Origin: a virus
Lineage: Duplodnaviria; Caudoviricetes
Direction: 5' to 3' (one strand)
DNA length: 63,591 nt
Virus record (IMG/VR): IMGVR_UViG_3300044835_000051
Location: 1 to 63,591 of that record
Positions 1-8,368 of the stretch are shown in pieces. Within the stretch, counting starts at the first letter, position 1. Each line of letters opens with the position of its first letter. A model generated the notes under the pieces. That model had not been told where the DNA came from. It ran no database searches and saw only the letters and a program-made list of their open reading frames with translations. A program made the position numbers and the translations under genes.

Positions 1-141
1 TACCGCGTCATCGGCGGCTCCGACTGGGCCTACGCTCGCTGCGAGCGCTGCGGCGACGAGGGTATCGTCACCCCGTTCGGTGGCCTCATGTGGCGGGAGA
101 TTCTCGGCACGTTCTTCAAGCGCTGGCGCTGTCATGGCTGA
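1..141 (+). CDS. 3' end of a small CxxC-containing hypothetical protein (truncated by window edge)
   Basis: Frame 1 reads YRVIGGSDWAYARCERCGDEG...RWRCHG* and its stop overlaps the terminase start region. Confidence 0.55.
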   Translation, partial: YRVIGGSDWAYARCERCGDEGIVTPFGGLMWREILGTFFKRWRCHG

Positions 142-2923
142 GGGCACGCTGGGCATCATCGACAGGCAGTCCGACATACGCTCGCTCGAAGGCATGTGGA
201 TGCTGGACGATGATGACTGGAGTTTGATCGCCCAGCTCTGCGACCCGGTGTACCTGAGCGAGCTTCTCTTCAGCGACCCGAACAACGCCACGTACAGCGG
301 GTGTTACCATGTGCGCGACTACCAGTACGTCCTGTTTCGCACCACCACCAACTACGAGGTGCGTCCCTGTTCGAGAGACGTCGGGAAAACTGAAAGCATA
401 AAAGCACGCGCAGTCTCCCACACCTTCCGGCGCCTCGGCGAAGACATGCTCGTCACCGCGCCTGAGCTGCTTCACCTCGAAGGTGTCACGGTGCACATCG
501 AGAATCGCATCACCGAGACCAGGCTCACCCGAGACTTCCTGCGCACCGACGCCCAGAGAACCGGCATCACTCATAAGCCCTTCGCCGTCGTCTTCGCGGA
601 CGGCACCCGTATTCTCGGACGCATACCGCACATCACCGGCCTCGGAGTCAAGTCAATGCACGAGCCCGACCTCGTCATCGACGAAGCCCAGGACTACCCG
701 CAAGCCGGCTGGGTCGAAGTCCACCCGACCGTCATCAAGGACCACACCGGCCCGGACGGCAAATACGACTTCACCTACCTGGCCTACGGCGTCCACGTCG
801 GCGGCACGGGCGGACAGTTCGGCAAGATTTCGACCTCCGGCGCCTTCAAGGTAACGGCAGTTACGTGCTTACAGAAGCCGGGGTGGAACAAGGCCGAGAA
901 AGAGGCGGCCATTGCGATGTACGGCGGTGTCAACACCCCCGACTACCGACGCAACATTCTCGGCGAGAAAGGCCAGTCGCTCTCCCAGTTCTTCGTCACG
1001 TCACATTTGATGGCCTGCTTCCAAGGTGATACACTGGTGGCTACTAGCAATGGACCTCGACCGATCGCGGAGCTGCGAGCCGGCGATCGAGTGCTGAACG
1101 CGAGCGGGGAAGGACCCGTGCTCGCGGCGAGGGCCAGCGAGCACGGGAGGGTGGCCGTTGTCAAGCTCAACGGGGAAGAGATCGTCTGCTCGCCAGAGCA
1201 CCCCTTCTTCTCGGAAGGTGGCTGGTGCCGTGCCGACCAGCTCCGGCGAGGCCAGCGCATCTACCGACAGTCGGAGACAATGCGAGGTCTGCGGGGAGGT
1301 GCTGAAGACGCGCCAGGGCCGCTTCTGCTCCAAGACCTGCGCCGGGAGCTGGCTGGGGAGCACGCGCCGCGGCGGTCCGCCGACACGCAAGAACGCGACG
1401 ATGACACACGTCTGCGAAGCGTGCGGCAAGACGTTCGCGCGGTCGGGCGTGGCGAGGTTCTGTTCGAGGAAGTGCATGGGGAAGGTCTTTGGCGACAGCC
1501 GGCGGTTGGCCCCCAAGAACTGCTGGACGTGTGGGGTGGAGTTCCAGCCAAGGGCGAGCGCTTCACGATATTGCAGTCGCAAATGTCTGGGCGTGAAGGT
1601 GGCCGCAACCAACGCATCGAGACGGGGCATGACGACCCGGTCGATACAGCGCTGGGAGTATGGGGGTTTGCCGGAACCGCAGTATCGTCTCTGGATGGCG
1701 CTCGGCGGTCCGGAGGAGGGGTGGTACGCCCAGTTCTTTATTGCCCCCTTCGATGGGCGCCTTGGCGTTACGAGCTTCACACTCGACCTGGCGCTCCCCG
1801 TGCTGGCGCTTGCGGTGGAAGTGGACGGTCGCGGTCATGGTGTCGCCGCGCAGCGCAAGAAGGACGAGGTGCGCGACGCGTGGCTGGCGAACTCAGGGTG
1901 GACGGTGTTGAGATTTACGAACCGGGAAGTGATGGCTGGGCCGAGCATTGTGGTGAGGGAGATTTGGTCACGCTATACGACCTGACCGTAGGTGGGCACC
2001 CGTCCTTTGCCGTGGGCGACTCGCGTGCTCTGGTTCACAATTGCATGGACCAGGACAAGGAGTCGCGCTACAACACGATCACCTTCAAGGCACAGGAGAT
2101 ACAGTCCGAGGACGTACCGTCGATGATCGCGGAGGACGGCGACGTCGGCGACGTACTCGACCTGCCGGACGGCCTCGGCCAGCAGGTCTACGGCGGCATG
2201 GACGTCGGGCTCGTCACCGACCCGACCGTCATACAGGTATGGGCCGTGCTCCCCGACAGCGCGCGTAAGAGCAGACTCCAGTTGATTCGCATGTTCCACC
2301 TGTGGCGCTTCACCGAACGCCAGATTCGCCAGTGCACCTACCGCATCGCCCGCAAGTATGGGCTCACCCTGCGAGCGTTCGGCCAGGACATCACCGGGCT
2401 CGGTCTGCCGCTCTATCAGGCGATGGAGTCGGACGAGAAGTGCCCGGAGCATCTGAAGGAAGTGTCACGCGGGTACGTGTTCAACGCCAAGGTGCCGGTC
2501 TCGGTGGACAAGAACTACGTGTCCAAGGAAGGCACGAACATGGTCGACCAGTTCGGGCACATCGTCGAAGAGGTGCGTGACAAGTGGACAGGCCGCGTCG
2601 ACCTCGTGGCACGCATGACGATGATCGAAGCGTCGACCCGCTACCTGCGCGGGTTCGTCGACCCCGGTTTCCTCCTCCTGCCGTTCCACGCCGAGCTGAT
2701 CGACGACTTCCAAGGCGAGACCGAGCAGCGCGTGCGAGCGATGGGCGGGGTCAAGAAGAAGCCCAACGCCTTCCACATGCTCGACGCCGCACGAGCGATG
2801 GCGATGGCGTATAAATCGGGGGAGATGGAGGAGGCCGTCTACGCCAGGAACGTCGGGGCGCCAGTGTTTGATCGCGCGGTGGGTGGACCCGGCGTTCTTG
2901 CGGGCCAGGTGAGGCAGGGGTGA
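134..2923 (+). CDS. terL: Terminase large subunit, intein-containing
   Basis: Walker A-like SRDVGKT, Walker B LVIDEAQD, RNase H-like nuclease motifs YGGMDVG and HMLDAAR; lies upstream of portal. ATG 134 preferred over GTG 80. Confidence 0.88.
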   Translation: MAEGTLGIIDRQSDIRSLEGMWMLDDDDWSLIAQLCDPVYLSELLFSDPNNATYSGCYHVRDYQYVLFRTTTNYEVRPCSRDVGKTESIKARAVSHTFRRLGEDMLVTAPELLHLEGVTVHIENRITETRLTRDFLRTDAQRTGITHKPFAVVFADGTRILGRIPHITGLGVKSMHEPDLVIDEAQDYPQAGWVEVHPTVIKDHTGPDGKYDFTYLAYGVHVGGTGGQFGKISTSGAFKVTAVTCLQKPGWNKAEKEAAIAMYGGVNTPDYRRNILGEKGQSLSQFFVTSHLMACFQGDTLVATSNGPRPIAELRAGDRVLNASGEGPVLAARASEHGRVAVVKLNGEEIVCSPEHPFFSEGGWCRADQLRRGQRIYRQSETMRGLRGGAEDAPGPLLLQDLRRELAGEHAPRRSADTQERDDDTRLRSVRQDVRAVGRGEVLFEEVHGEGLWRQPAVGPQELLDVWGGVPAKGERFTILQSQMSGREGGRNQRIETGHDDPVDTALGVWGFAGTAVSSLDGARRSGGGVVRPVLYCPLRWAPWRYELHTRPGAPRAGACGGSGRSRSWCRRAAQEGRGARRVAGELRVDGVEIYEPGSDGWAEHCGEGDLVTLYDLTVGGHPSFAVGDSRALVHNCMDQDKESRYNTITFKAQEIQSEDVPSMIAEDGDVGDVLDLPDGLGQQVYGGMDVGLVTDPTVIQVWAVLPDSARKSRLQLIRMFHLWRFTERQIRQCTYRIARKYGLTLRAFGQDITGLGLPLYQAMESDEKCPEHLKEVSRGYVFNAKVPVSVDKNYVSKEGTNMVDQFGHIVEEVRDKWTGRVDLVARMTMIEASTRYLRGFVDPGFLLLPFHAELIDDFQGETEQRVRAMGGVKKKPNAFHMLDAARAMAMAYKSGEMEEAVYARNVGAPVFDRAVGGPGVLAGQVRQG
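1016..2041 (+). mobile_element. Intein (342 aa) in TerL, between the ATPase and nuclease domains
   Basis: Block A CFQGDTLV at 1016, block B CSPEHPF, GWCRADQL motif, block F LYDLTVGGHPSF, block G LVHN ending 2041, +1 residue Cys (2042-2044). Confidence 0.93.
1230..1985 (+). CDS. Nested +1-frame gene inside the intein: 3 zinc-finger repeats + DUF559/Vsr-like endonuclease (candidate homing endonuclease)
   Basis: ORF 1158-1985 has CEVCG..FCSKTC, CEACG..FCSRKC and CWTCG..YCSRKC, then FTLDLA..LAVEVDGRGH..KKDEVRDAWL..GWTVLRFTN; codons end mostly in G/C; GGAAGG (1213-1218) precedes GTG 1230. Confidence 0.85.
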   Translation: MPTSSGEASASTDSRRQCEVCGEVLKTRQGRFCSKTCAGSWLGSTRRGGPPTRKNATMTHVCEACGKTFARSGVARFCSRKCMGKVFGDSRRLAPKNCWTCGVEFQPRASASRYCSRKCLGVKVAATNASRRGMTTRSIQRWEYGGLPEPQYRLWMALGGPEEGWYAQFFIAPFDGRLGVTSFTLDLALPVLALAVEVDGRGHGVAAQRKKDEVRDAWLANSGWTVLRFTNREVMAGPSIVVREIWSRYTT

Positions 2924-3393
2924 AACTGTACGGCCGCCAAGGCGGACACGCGCTCGTTGACGACCACCTGTCCGAGTGGCTGGGCGAGTGGCGTTGGCAC
3001 GCCAACTCTCGTGGCTACGTTGTGCGCACTGTCCACGTGTATATCGACGGTCGGCGGAAGTCGCGCACGGTTCTCATGCACCGCGAAATCTTGGGGCTCG
3101 CCTACGGAGACCCGCGGCAGGGCGATCACGAGGACGGGAACAAGCTGGACAACCGCGGGTCCAATCTGCGCATCGCGCACCGCGGGCAGCTCGACAACCA
3201 ACAGAACCGGCAGGGACCGAACAGGAACGGCACCTCCGGCTATCGTGGTGTCACGTCGGACGGGCGGGGCCGGTGGCAGGCGCAGGTCGGGCTTGGCCGC
3301 CGCCTGCATCACCTTGGGCGCTTCGATACGCCCGAGGCCGCAGCAGCAGCCGCCGAAGCCTTCCGCGAGGCCCACATGGAGTTCGCCCGATGA
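2920..3393 (+). CDS. HNH endonuclease with C-terminal AP2 domain
   Basis: MHREIL..GDHEDGNKLDNRGSNLR (HNH), SGYRGV..WQAQV..HLGRFDTPEAAA (AP2). Confidence 0.88.
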   Translation: MKLYGRQGGHALVDDHLSEWLGEWRWHANSRGYVVRTVHVYIDGRRKSRTVLMHREILGLAYGDPRQGDHEDGNKLDNRGSNLRIAHRGQLDNQQNRQGPNRNGTSGYRGVTSDGRGRWQAQVGLGRRLHHLGRFDTPEAAAAAAEAFREAHMEFAR

Positions 3394-3548
3394 TCGCCCA
3401 CCTCTTCCAGTGGTGGTATGACATTCGCTTCTACCACAAGCACCGGGTCGAGCTGCACAACCTCATCGCCGCAGCACGGGACCTCGACCGAAGCTGCACC
3501 GAGGAACTCGCCCGTCGTGCCTACGAGCCGCTCCCCCTCGGTGACTGA
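3390..3548 (+). CDS. Small hypothetical protein
   Basis: ATGA overlap with HNH stop; MIAHLFQWWY...PLGD. Confidence 0.5.
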   Translation: MIAHLFQWWYDIRFYHKHRVELHNLIAAARDLDRSCTEELARRAYEPLPLGD

Positions 3549-3747
3549 CCGCCGGTCCCTCATCGTCTTCGGGGGGGGCGTCGCGGTCGGCCAGCTCGTG
3601 CACGTGGTCCCTAGCGGCATCGCTGCGGTGACCTGCGCCAAGATCGCGCGGCTGGTGGGGGAGGGAGGCGACGCGCGGCGGATCGTTCCCCTGACCCTGC
3701 TGCTGCTCGCCAACGCCGTGCTCGCGGTGGCGCTGGGGCTCGCGTGA
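3541..3747 (+). CDS. Small hydrophobic (membrane) protein
   Basis: GTG start; hydrophobic segments LIVFGGGVAVGQLV and IVPLTLLLLANAVLAVALGLA. Confidence 0.45.
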   Translation: MTDRRSLIVFGGGVAVGQLVHVVPSGIAAVTCAKIARLVGEGGDARRIVPLTLLLLANAVLAVALGLA

Positions 3748-4160
3748 CCCTGGAGGAGATCAGGGCCGCGCTCGCGACCGCGCTCGCGCTGAAGCCGCCG
3801 CGATGGACCGAGGACACCCCGCCGGCCGTCAAGATCGGCCTGATCGAGACCTACCTCATGGAGTCCGCCTACTCCGGCGCCGAACTCGAAGAGGCCGTCC
3901 ACTACCTCGACTTCACGATGGCACAGTTACGCCAGAAGATCGAACAGATAACAGGCTACGAGGCAGTGCTGCCCAGCAAGGCGGCGGACCGCATCACCAA
4001 AGCCGACGTCATCGCCGCCAAGCGCACACTCGACCCCGTCACGTTCGACGCAGGCGCCGAAGCGAGACAGATACGCGAAAGCCTCGTCCGCCAGCTCGAC
4101 CGCTACGAACGGGAAGCCAAAGGGTATTCCCGCCTCTACACCGTCATTACCGGCTCGTAG
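3744..4160 (+). CDS. Hypothetical helical protein
   Basis: 138-aa ORF, typical codon bias, GTGA overlap with upstream gene. Confidence 0.7.
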   Translation: MTLEEIRAALATALALKPPRWTEDTPPAVKIGLIETYLMESAYSGAELEEAVHYLDFTMAQLRQKIEQITGYEAVLPSKAADRITKADVIAAKRTLDPVTFDAGAEARQIRESLVRQLDRYEREAKGYSRLYTVITGS

Positions 4161-4213
4161 ACCCCCAAATCGGCCCGTTATCGGGCCAATTCCGGTTGGT
4201 TCGTAGGCAAAGC

Positions 4214-4224
4214 GGCGTATCTTA
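4214..4224 (+). promoter_or_regulatory. Candidate late promoter -10 element GGCGTATCTTA (leaderless portal mRNA)
   Basis: TATCTT ends 6 nt before portal ATG 4230 with no SD; near-identical GGCGTATATTA at 7541 and 15620. Confidence 0.5.
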
Positions 4225-4229
4225 GGGGC

Positions 4230-6728
4230 ATGACCGAGCCGGCGTTTCCCCCAGTGGCTCAGCCCGTTATGCGCCAGGGTCACAAGGGCGAGATGGTCAA
4301 CGCGGTGATCGACAACCGCACCGACCTGCCCGACGAGATGGTCCGCCAGGCCGTGCGCGACCAGTGGGTTGAGGCCGCCGGCCTCCAGTTCGCCCAGCCC
4401 AACAACTTCCAGCTCTACATCAACAACCAAGGGAGCATGCTGGCCCGGACGCCGTTCAGGACCCCCACCTCGGTTATCGACGAAATCAGGTTGGCCCGTA
4501 CGCTCGCGGACACGGACGACGACACCGGGGCGGCGATGGGGCAGATGATCGCCATCGCCTTCGGGGAGGGCGTCGTCAACCAGCACCGCGACGAGAAGAC
4601 GCTGGAGTTCTTCAACCAGATGACGGCTCCAAAGGCGATGGACCTCGAAGCCATCTTGGAGGAGCTGTACCGCGAGTACCTCATCGCCGCGTCCGTGACC
4701 ACGGTGACACTGTTCACCCGCAAGCGCATGCAGTACTGGCCGCTGAAGAGTGACGAGCCCGTGCAGGCCCAGCTTCAGGTGCCGAACGTCGGCATCTTGC
4801 CGGCCGAGAACGTCCGCGTCATCACCAACGACATCATCGGCGGCGGCCAGCTCGCCTACCACGTCGAGGACCAGAACCTCAAGGCGTGGCTCAACGAGTA
4901 CCTCGACCCGAAGACCAGCGGCCAGCGCAAGGCGTTCATGGCGATGGCCGAGCCCGTCGTCGCCGCTCTCTTCATCGGGAAGCTTCAGGTTCCCTACAAC
5001 GACGGCGACACCGCCTCGCGCGGGCTCACCCTCTACACGCTCAATCAGCGCATGGTCCACCGCACGACGATGCCGAAGGGCGCCACCCCCTACCCGCGCC
5101 CGCTGCTGACACGCAACTTCGCATTGATCGAGGCGAAGAGGTTGCTCAACATCATGGACTACGCGCTCCTCCAGGGCGGCACCAACTACATAGTGGTCGC
5201 TAAGAAGGGCTCGGACCTCCTCCCGGCACAGCAGGGTGAAGTGGACAACCTGATCGAGCAGGTGTCCTTCGCCTCCCGCTCCGGTGTCATGGTCGGCGAT
5301 CACCGGCTCCAGATCGAGATCATCACGCCGAAGCTCGACGAACTCCTCAACCCCGCCAAGCGGAAGCTGATCGGCCGCAAGCTGAAGATGGGCCTCATGC
5401 GCCAGACCGAGGAGGTGCCGAACGACACAGGCACCCAAGGTGGCGTGAACGAGATGGAGTTGACAGCTCGCGTGGTCTCTGCGGACCGACGCAAGTTGGT
5501 CCGTCACGTGCAGGCGACCTTCTACGACGAGACCGCCACGAGGAACCGCAACATCTTCAAGATGGGGGCACCGTCGATCTGGGCGCCGAAGATCGTGCTC
5601 TCCAACGTCGCCCTGTTCTGGACCAACGTCCTTCAGGCCCGCGACCGCGGTGACATTCCCCGCCGCTGGGTCGTCGAAGCGCTCGGCTATGACTATGACG
5701 CTGCACTCGCCGAGCGCGAGCGTGAGATCGCCCGCGGCGACGACGAGGTCCTCATGCCCGGCGCCGTTCCCTTCTCGAACCCCGGCGAGCCCCAGGACAA
5801 CTCACCCGGCCGTCCCGCGGGGAGCAGCACGAACAACGGCCGCGGTCAGGACCGCCCCGGCCAGGGCCGCGACGCCGCCGCCCCGCGGAAGGTCATTCAT
5901 CGCAATGCCGGGGAGACGATCAAGGCGATCGTCGAGGGCGAAGAGGTCCACTACATCGGCGAGACAACCGCGGCGATCTTGGACGAGTACGGCGACCACG
6001 CCGACTACAACGTCTACGTCACCTCGGCCGAGCGTGACTGCATCGACTTCAATCAGGTGCTCCGCTCCGGCCCGTCCGTGATCGTCCCCGTCAACGCCGG
6101 CTCGATCTGCGACGAGTTCGCGTGTGTCAAGCTGGAGGAGGGGCTGCGCATGGTCGTCGGCCGGCGCATCGGCGACGGCGCGATGGTCGCCCGCGCCCTG
6201 CGCTTCTCCGAGCCGCGCTGGGACCTCAAGGGCGCCACCGAACGCGCACTGCGGTGGGGCTTCATGTCCTCACCGCTGGTGGAGAACGCGGCCGGCAAGG
6301 CGACGTGCACCAACTGCGGCATGGCATTGGCGGACTGGCCGGCCAACACCGTCTGCGCGACGTGCGGCACCGACAACACGGTCGGGCAGTCGAACGCCGA
6401 AGGTGTCTCGGGCGGAGTCGAGATGGGCGCCCAGCTCGGCGCCCTGCGCGAGTCGCTCGACCGGCTCGCGCTCGACATCGCCCGCCCCCCGGCCCTTCCC
6501 GAAGTCGTGTGGCGCCCCATTGATGACTGGTCCGCCGAGACCTACCAGGCACCGTCGCAGGCCGAGCGCGAAGCGTTCCAGGGAGTTCACGGCAAGGACT
6601 CGGGCGTGTCACTGAAGAAGGACAAGGACGGCTTCTTCGTCCACACCCACCGCGCCCGGTCCAAGAGTCACGCCAAGCCCGAGGACATTCCCAAGGCGGA
6701 CGTCAAGTTCATCGAGAGCACGGGCTGA
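4230..6728 (+). CDS. Portal protein with long C-terminal extension
   Basis: Position between terminase and protease/capsid; about 520-aa portal-sized core followed by G/P-rich linker, extra domain, CxxC..CxxC and HTHRARSKS tail. Confidence 0.7.
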   Translation: MTEPAFPPVAQPVMRQGHKGEMVNAVIDNRTDLPDEMVRQAVRDQWVEAAGLQFAQPNNFQLYINNQGSMLARTPFRTPTSVIDEIRLARTLADTDDDTGAAMGQMIAIAFGEGVVNQHRDEKTLEFFNQMTAPKAMDLEAILEELYREYLIAASVTTVTLFTRKRMQYWPLKSDEPVQAQLQVPNVGILPAENVRVITNDIIGGGQLAYHVEDQNLKAWLNEYLDPKTSGQRKAFMAMAEPVVAALFIGKLQVPYNDGDTASRGLTLYTLNQRMVHRTTMPKGATPYPRPLLTRNFALIEAKRLLNIMDYALLQGGTNYIVVAKKGSDLLPAQQGEVDNLIEQVSFASRSGVMVGDHRLQIEIITPKLDELLNPAKRKLIGRKLKMGLMRQTEEVPNDTGTQGGVNEMELTARVVSADRRKLVRHVQATFYDETATRNRNIFKMGAPSIWAPKIVLSNVALFWTNVLQARDRGDIPRRWVVEALGYDYDAALAEREREIARGDDEVLMPGAVPFSNPGEPQDNSPGRPAGSSTNNGRGQDRPGQGRDAAAPRKVIHRNAGETIKAIVEGEEVHYIGETTAAILDEYGDHADYNVYVTSAERDCIDFNQVLRSGPSVIVPVNAGSICDEFACVKLEEGLRMVVGRRIGDGAMVARALRFSEPRWDLKGATERALRWGFMSSPLVENAAGKATCTNCGMALADWPANTVCATCGTDNTVGQSNAEGVSGGVEMGAQLGALRESLDRLALDIARPPALPEVVWRPIDDWSAETYQAPSQAEREAFQGVHGKDSGVSLKKDKDGFFVHTHRARSKSHAKPEDIPKADVKFIESTG

Positions 6729-6729
6729 G

Positions 6730-6942
6730 ATGCACCTAAAGCTCAGCGACCAGGAGGACGCCGCACCGTTCCAGGCCCATGTCGCGGTATGGCCTCGCAA
6801 CGAGGGTGGCTTCTGGTGGACCGTCAAGACGATGGTCCAGCCGACCGCCGCGAGGTCCGAGGGCGGCTGGGAGACCACGCGACTGAAGGCGTGGCGCCAT
6901 GCGTGTCGAGTCGCGCGCTCAGACTTCGGCCCCACGGGCTGA
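6730..6942 (+). CDS. Small hypothetical protein
   Basis: 70-aa ORF filling the portal-protease gap. Confidence 0.45.
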   Translation: MHLKLSDQEDAAPFQAHVAVWPRNEGGFWWTVKTMVQPTAARSEGGWETTRLKAWRHACRVARSDFGPTG

Positions 6943-6975
6943 TTCCCGTTCTAGCGTAAGATCGAAGGAGAACGA

Positions 6976-8325
6976 ATGGAAATCTCACACCTAATGCGCC
7001 CGCAGGCATTCGAGCTGGGCGACAAGCTGTACCTGACCACGCCGCTCCTGCTGGCGACGCCGAGCGTGCAGCAGGTCGACGAGTACGCCTTCGCGAGCGC
7101 CGTCAAGAGCCAGGCGCCGAACGAGAACATCGGCTGGCTGTCGGGCAAGTACGTCGAAGGCGGTAAGCCGAACCTCAACGGAGCCATGTGGCTCAACGAC
7201 GAACTCGCACTGAAGTCGCTGACGCCGATGCTCATGCCCGTGACCGTCATGCACGACCCGCGGACCGCGGTGGGCGTCATCGCCGACTGCAAGCTCATCT
7301 CCGAGGGGTCGAACCGCATCGACAACATTCTCGCCGTGTGGCGCCACCGCTTCTCCGAAGTGTGGGCGGAGGCGGAGCACAATCTCGGCCAGGGGACGCT
7401 GGCCGAGAGCATGGAATGCTACGCGCCGAACTACGACTGCTCGTCCTGCGGGCAGCAGTACGTCAAGCTCCCGAACGGCGCCGAGAAGGCCGCCTGGTGC
7501 GAGCACTTACGGGCCGACGCCAGTTCGCCCTCACGCGGCTGGCGTATATTACGTGATGTCTGCTTCACCGGGACAGGACTGATCTTCGGGACTCGTGGTG
7601 GCCTGCCGGCATATTCGGAGGCCACGCTGGACTACTTCCAGAACGAGATCGCCGAAGCACACGACAAGTCCCATCACGACGGCACGTACCGACCGACGAA
7701 CAGGAGCGCGAGTCACATGGCATTGGTTCAGATCGAGGAGAGCGAACTGACCGCTCTGCGCGCCGAGCGCACTGCCGCGCTGGCTGCGGTCGAGACGGCG
7801 AAGGACGAGAAGCGCGAGCTGACCGGCAAGGTCGAGAAGGCCGAGGCCGAGAAGGTCGCCGCCGAGACCGCCAAGACCGCCGCCGAGACGAAGGTCGCCA
7901 CGCTGGAGACCGCCGCCCAGGCCGTCTCCCTGAAGGACAAGCGCCTGTCCACCCTCGGCGCCGGCTTCCTCGCGAAGCTCGGCGAGACGAGCAAGGCCAA
8001 CCTCAACGAGCTGGCCGGCACCGCGTCCGACGACGCATGGGACAAGGCCCTGATCGAGCGCGAGGAGTACGCCAGCGGCGCCGTTCCCGGCTCCGTCAAG
8101 CGCGACTTCGCGGGCGAGCCCGGCGCGGCCCCGGTGGCCCCCGGCGTCACGCCACCCGCCGCGCCCGCCGGCACGACGTTCGCCGACGACGAGGTCGCGG
8201 CCTTCGTGCGCGGCGGCGTCGCCACGCAGGGCGCCGCGCCCGTCCCCGACGGCGCATCGTCGGTCGGCAAGATCGCACGGTCGCTCGGCAAGAAGACTCC
8301 CGCTCCGGCCGGAGCTGCGAAGTAA
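6976..8325 (+). CDS. Prohead maturation protease fused to scaffolding domain
   Basis: SD AAGGAG; PVTVMHD..AVG (His) and LAESMEC (Ser) protease-like motifs, FTGTGLI..PAY; C-terminal Ala/Glu/Lys coiled coil; upstream of capsid genes. Confidence 0.7.
   Translation: MEISHLMRPQAFELGDKLYLTTPLLLATPSVQQVDEYAFASAVKSQAPNENIGWLSGKYVEGGKPNLNGAMWLNDELALKSLTPMLMPVTVMHDPRTAVGVIADCKLISEGSNRIDNILAVWRHRFSEVWAEAEHNLGQGTLAESMECYAPNYDCSSCGQQYVKLPNGAEKAAWCEHLRADASSPSRGWRILRDVCFTGTGLIFGTRGGLPAYSEATLDYFQNEIAEAHDKSHHDGTYRPTNRSASHMALVQIEESELTALRAERTAALAAVETAKDEKRELTGKVEKAEAEKVAAETAKTAAETKVATLETAAQAVSLKDKRLSTLGAGFLAKLGETSKANLNELAGTASDDAWDKALIEREEYASGAVPGSVKRDFAGEPGAAPVAPGVTPPAAPAGTTFADDEVAAFVRGGVATQGAAPVPDGASSVGKIARSLGKKTPAPAGAAK
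7717..8325 (+). CDS. Probable in-frame internal start yielding free scaffolding protein (MALVQIEE...)
   Basis: AGGAG at 7702-7706 precedes in-frame ATG 7717 at the start of the coiled coil. Confidence 0.5.
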   Translation: MALVQIEESELTALRAERTAALAAVETAKDEKRELTGKVEKAEAEKVAAETAKTAAETKVATLETAAQAVSLKDKRLSTLGAGFLAKLGETSKANLNELAGTASDDAWDKALIEREEYASGAVPGSVKRDFAGEPGAAPVAPGVTPPAAPAGTTFADDEVAAFVRGGVATQGAAPVPDGASSVGKIARSLGKKTPAPAGAAK

Positions 8326-8368
8326 GGGCTACGGCCCAACGAAAGTTCATCGAGAGGAGCCTGAGAAA

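Noticed and set aside
1001-1780. 259-aa antisense ORF over the intein as a third overlapping gene
   Set aside because: No motifs; long shadow ORFs are expected in GC-rich DNA
1016-2041. Group I intron or simple assembly frameshift instead of intein
   Set aside because: Terminase frame is open throughout with canonical intein termini, and the nuclease frame overlaps intein motifs at both ends
4172-4187. Terminator before portal (GGCCCG-TTAT-CGGGCC)
   Set aside because: Only a 6-bp stem with no U-tract; too weak to call
3927-5507. Long antisense ORFs (also 29323-30942, 56094-57002 and others)
   Set aside because: Mirror frames of high-GC3 genes with no independent features
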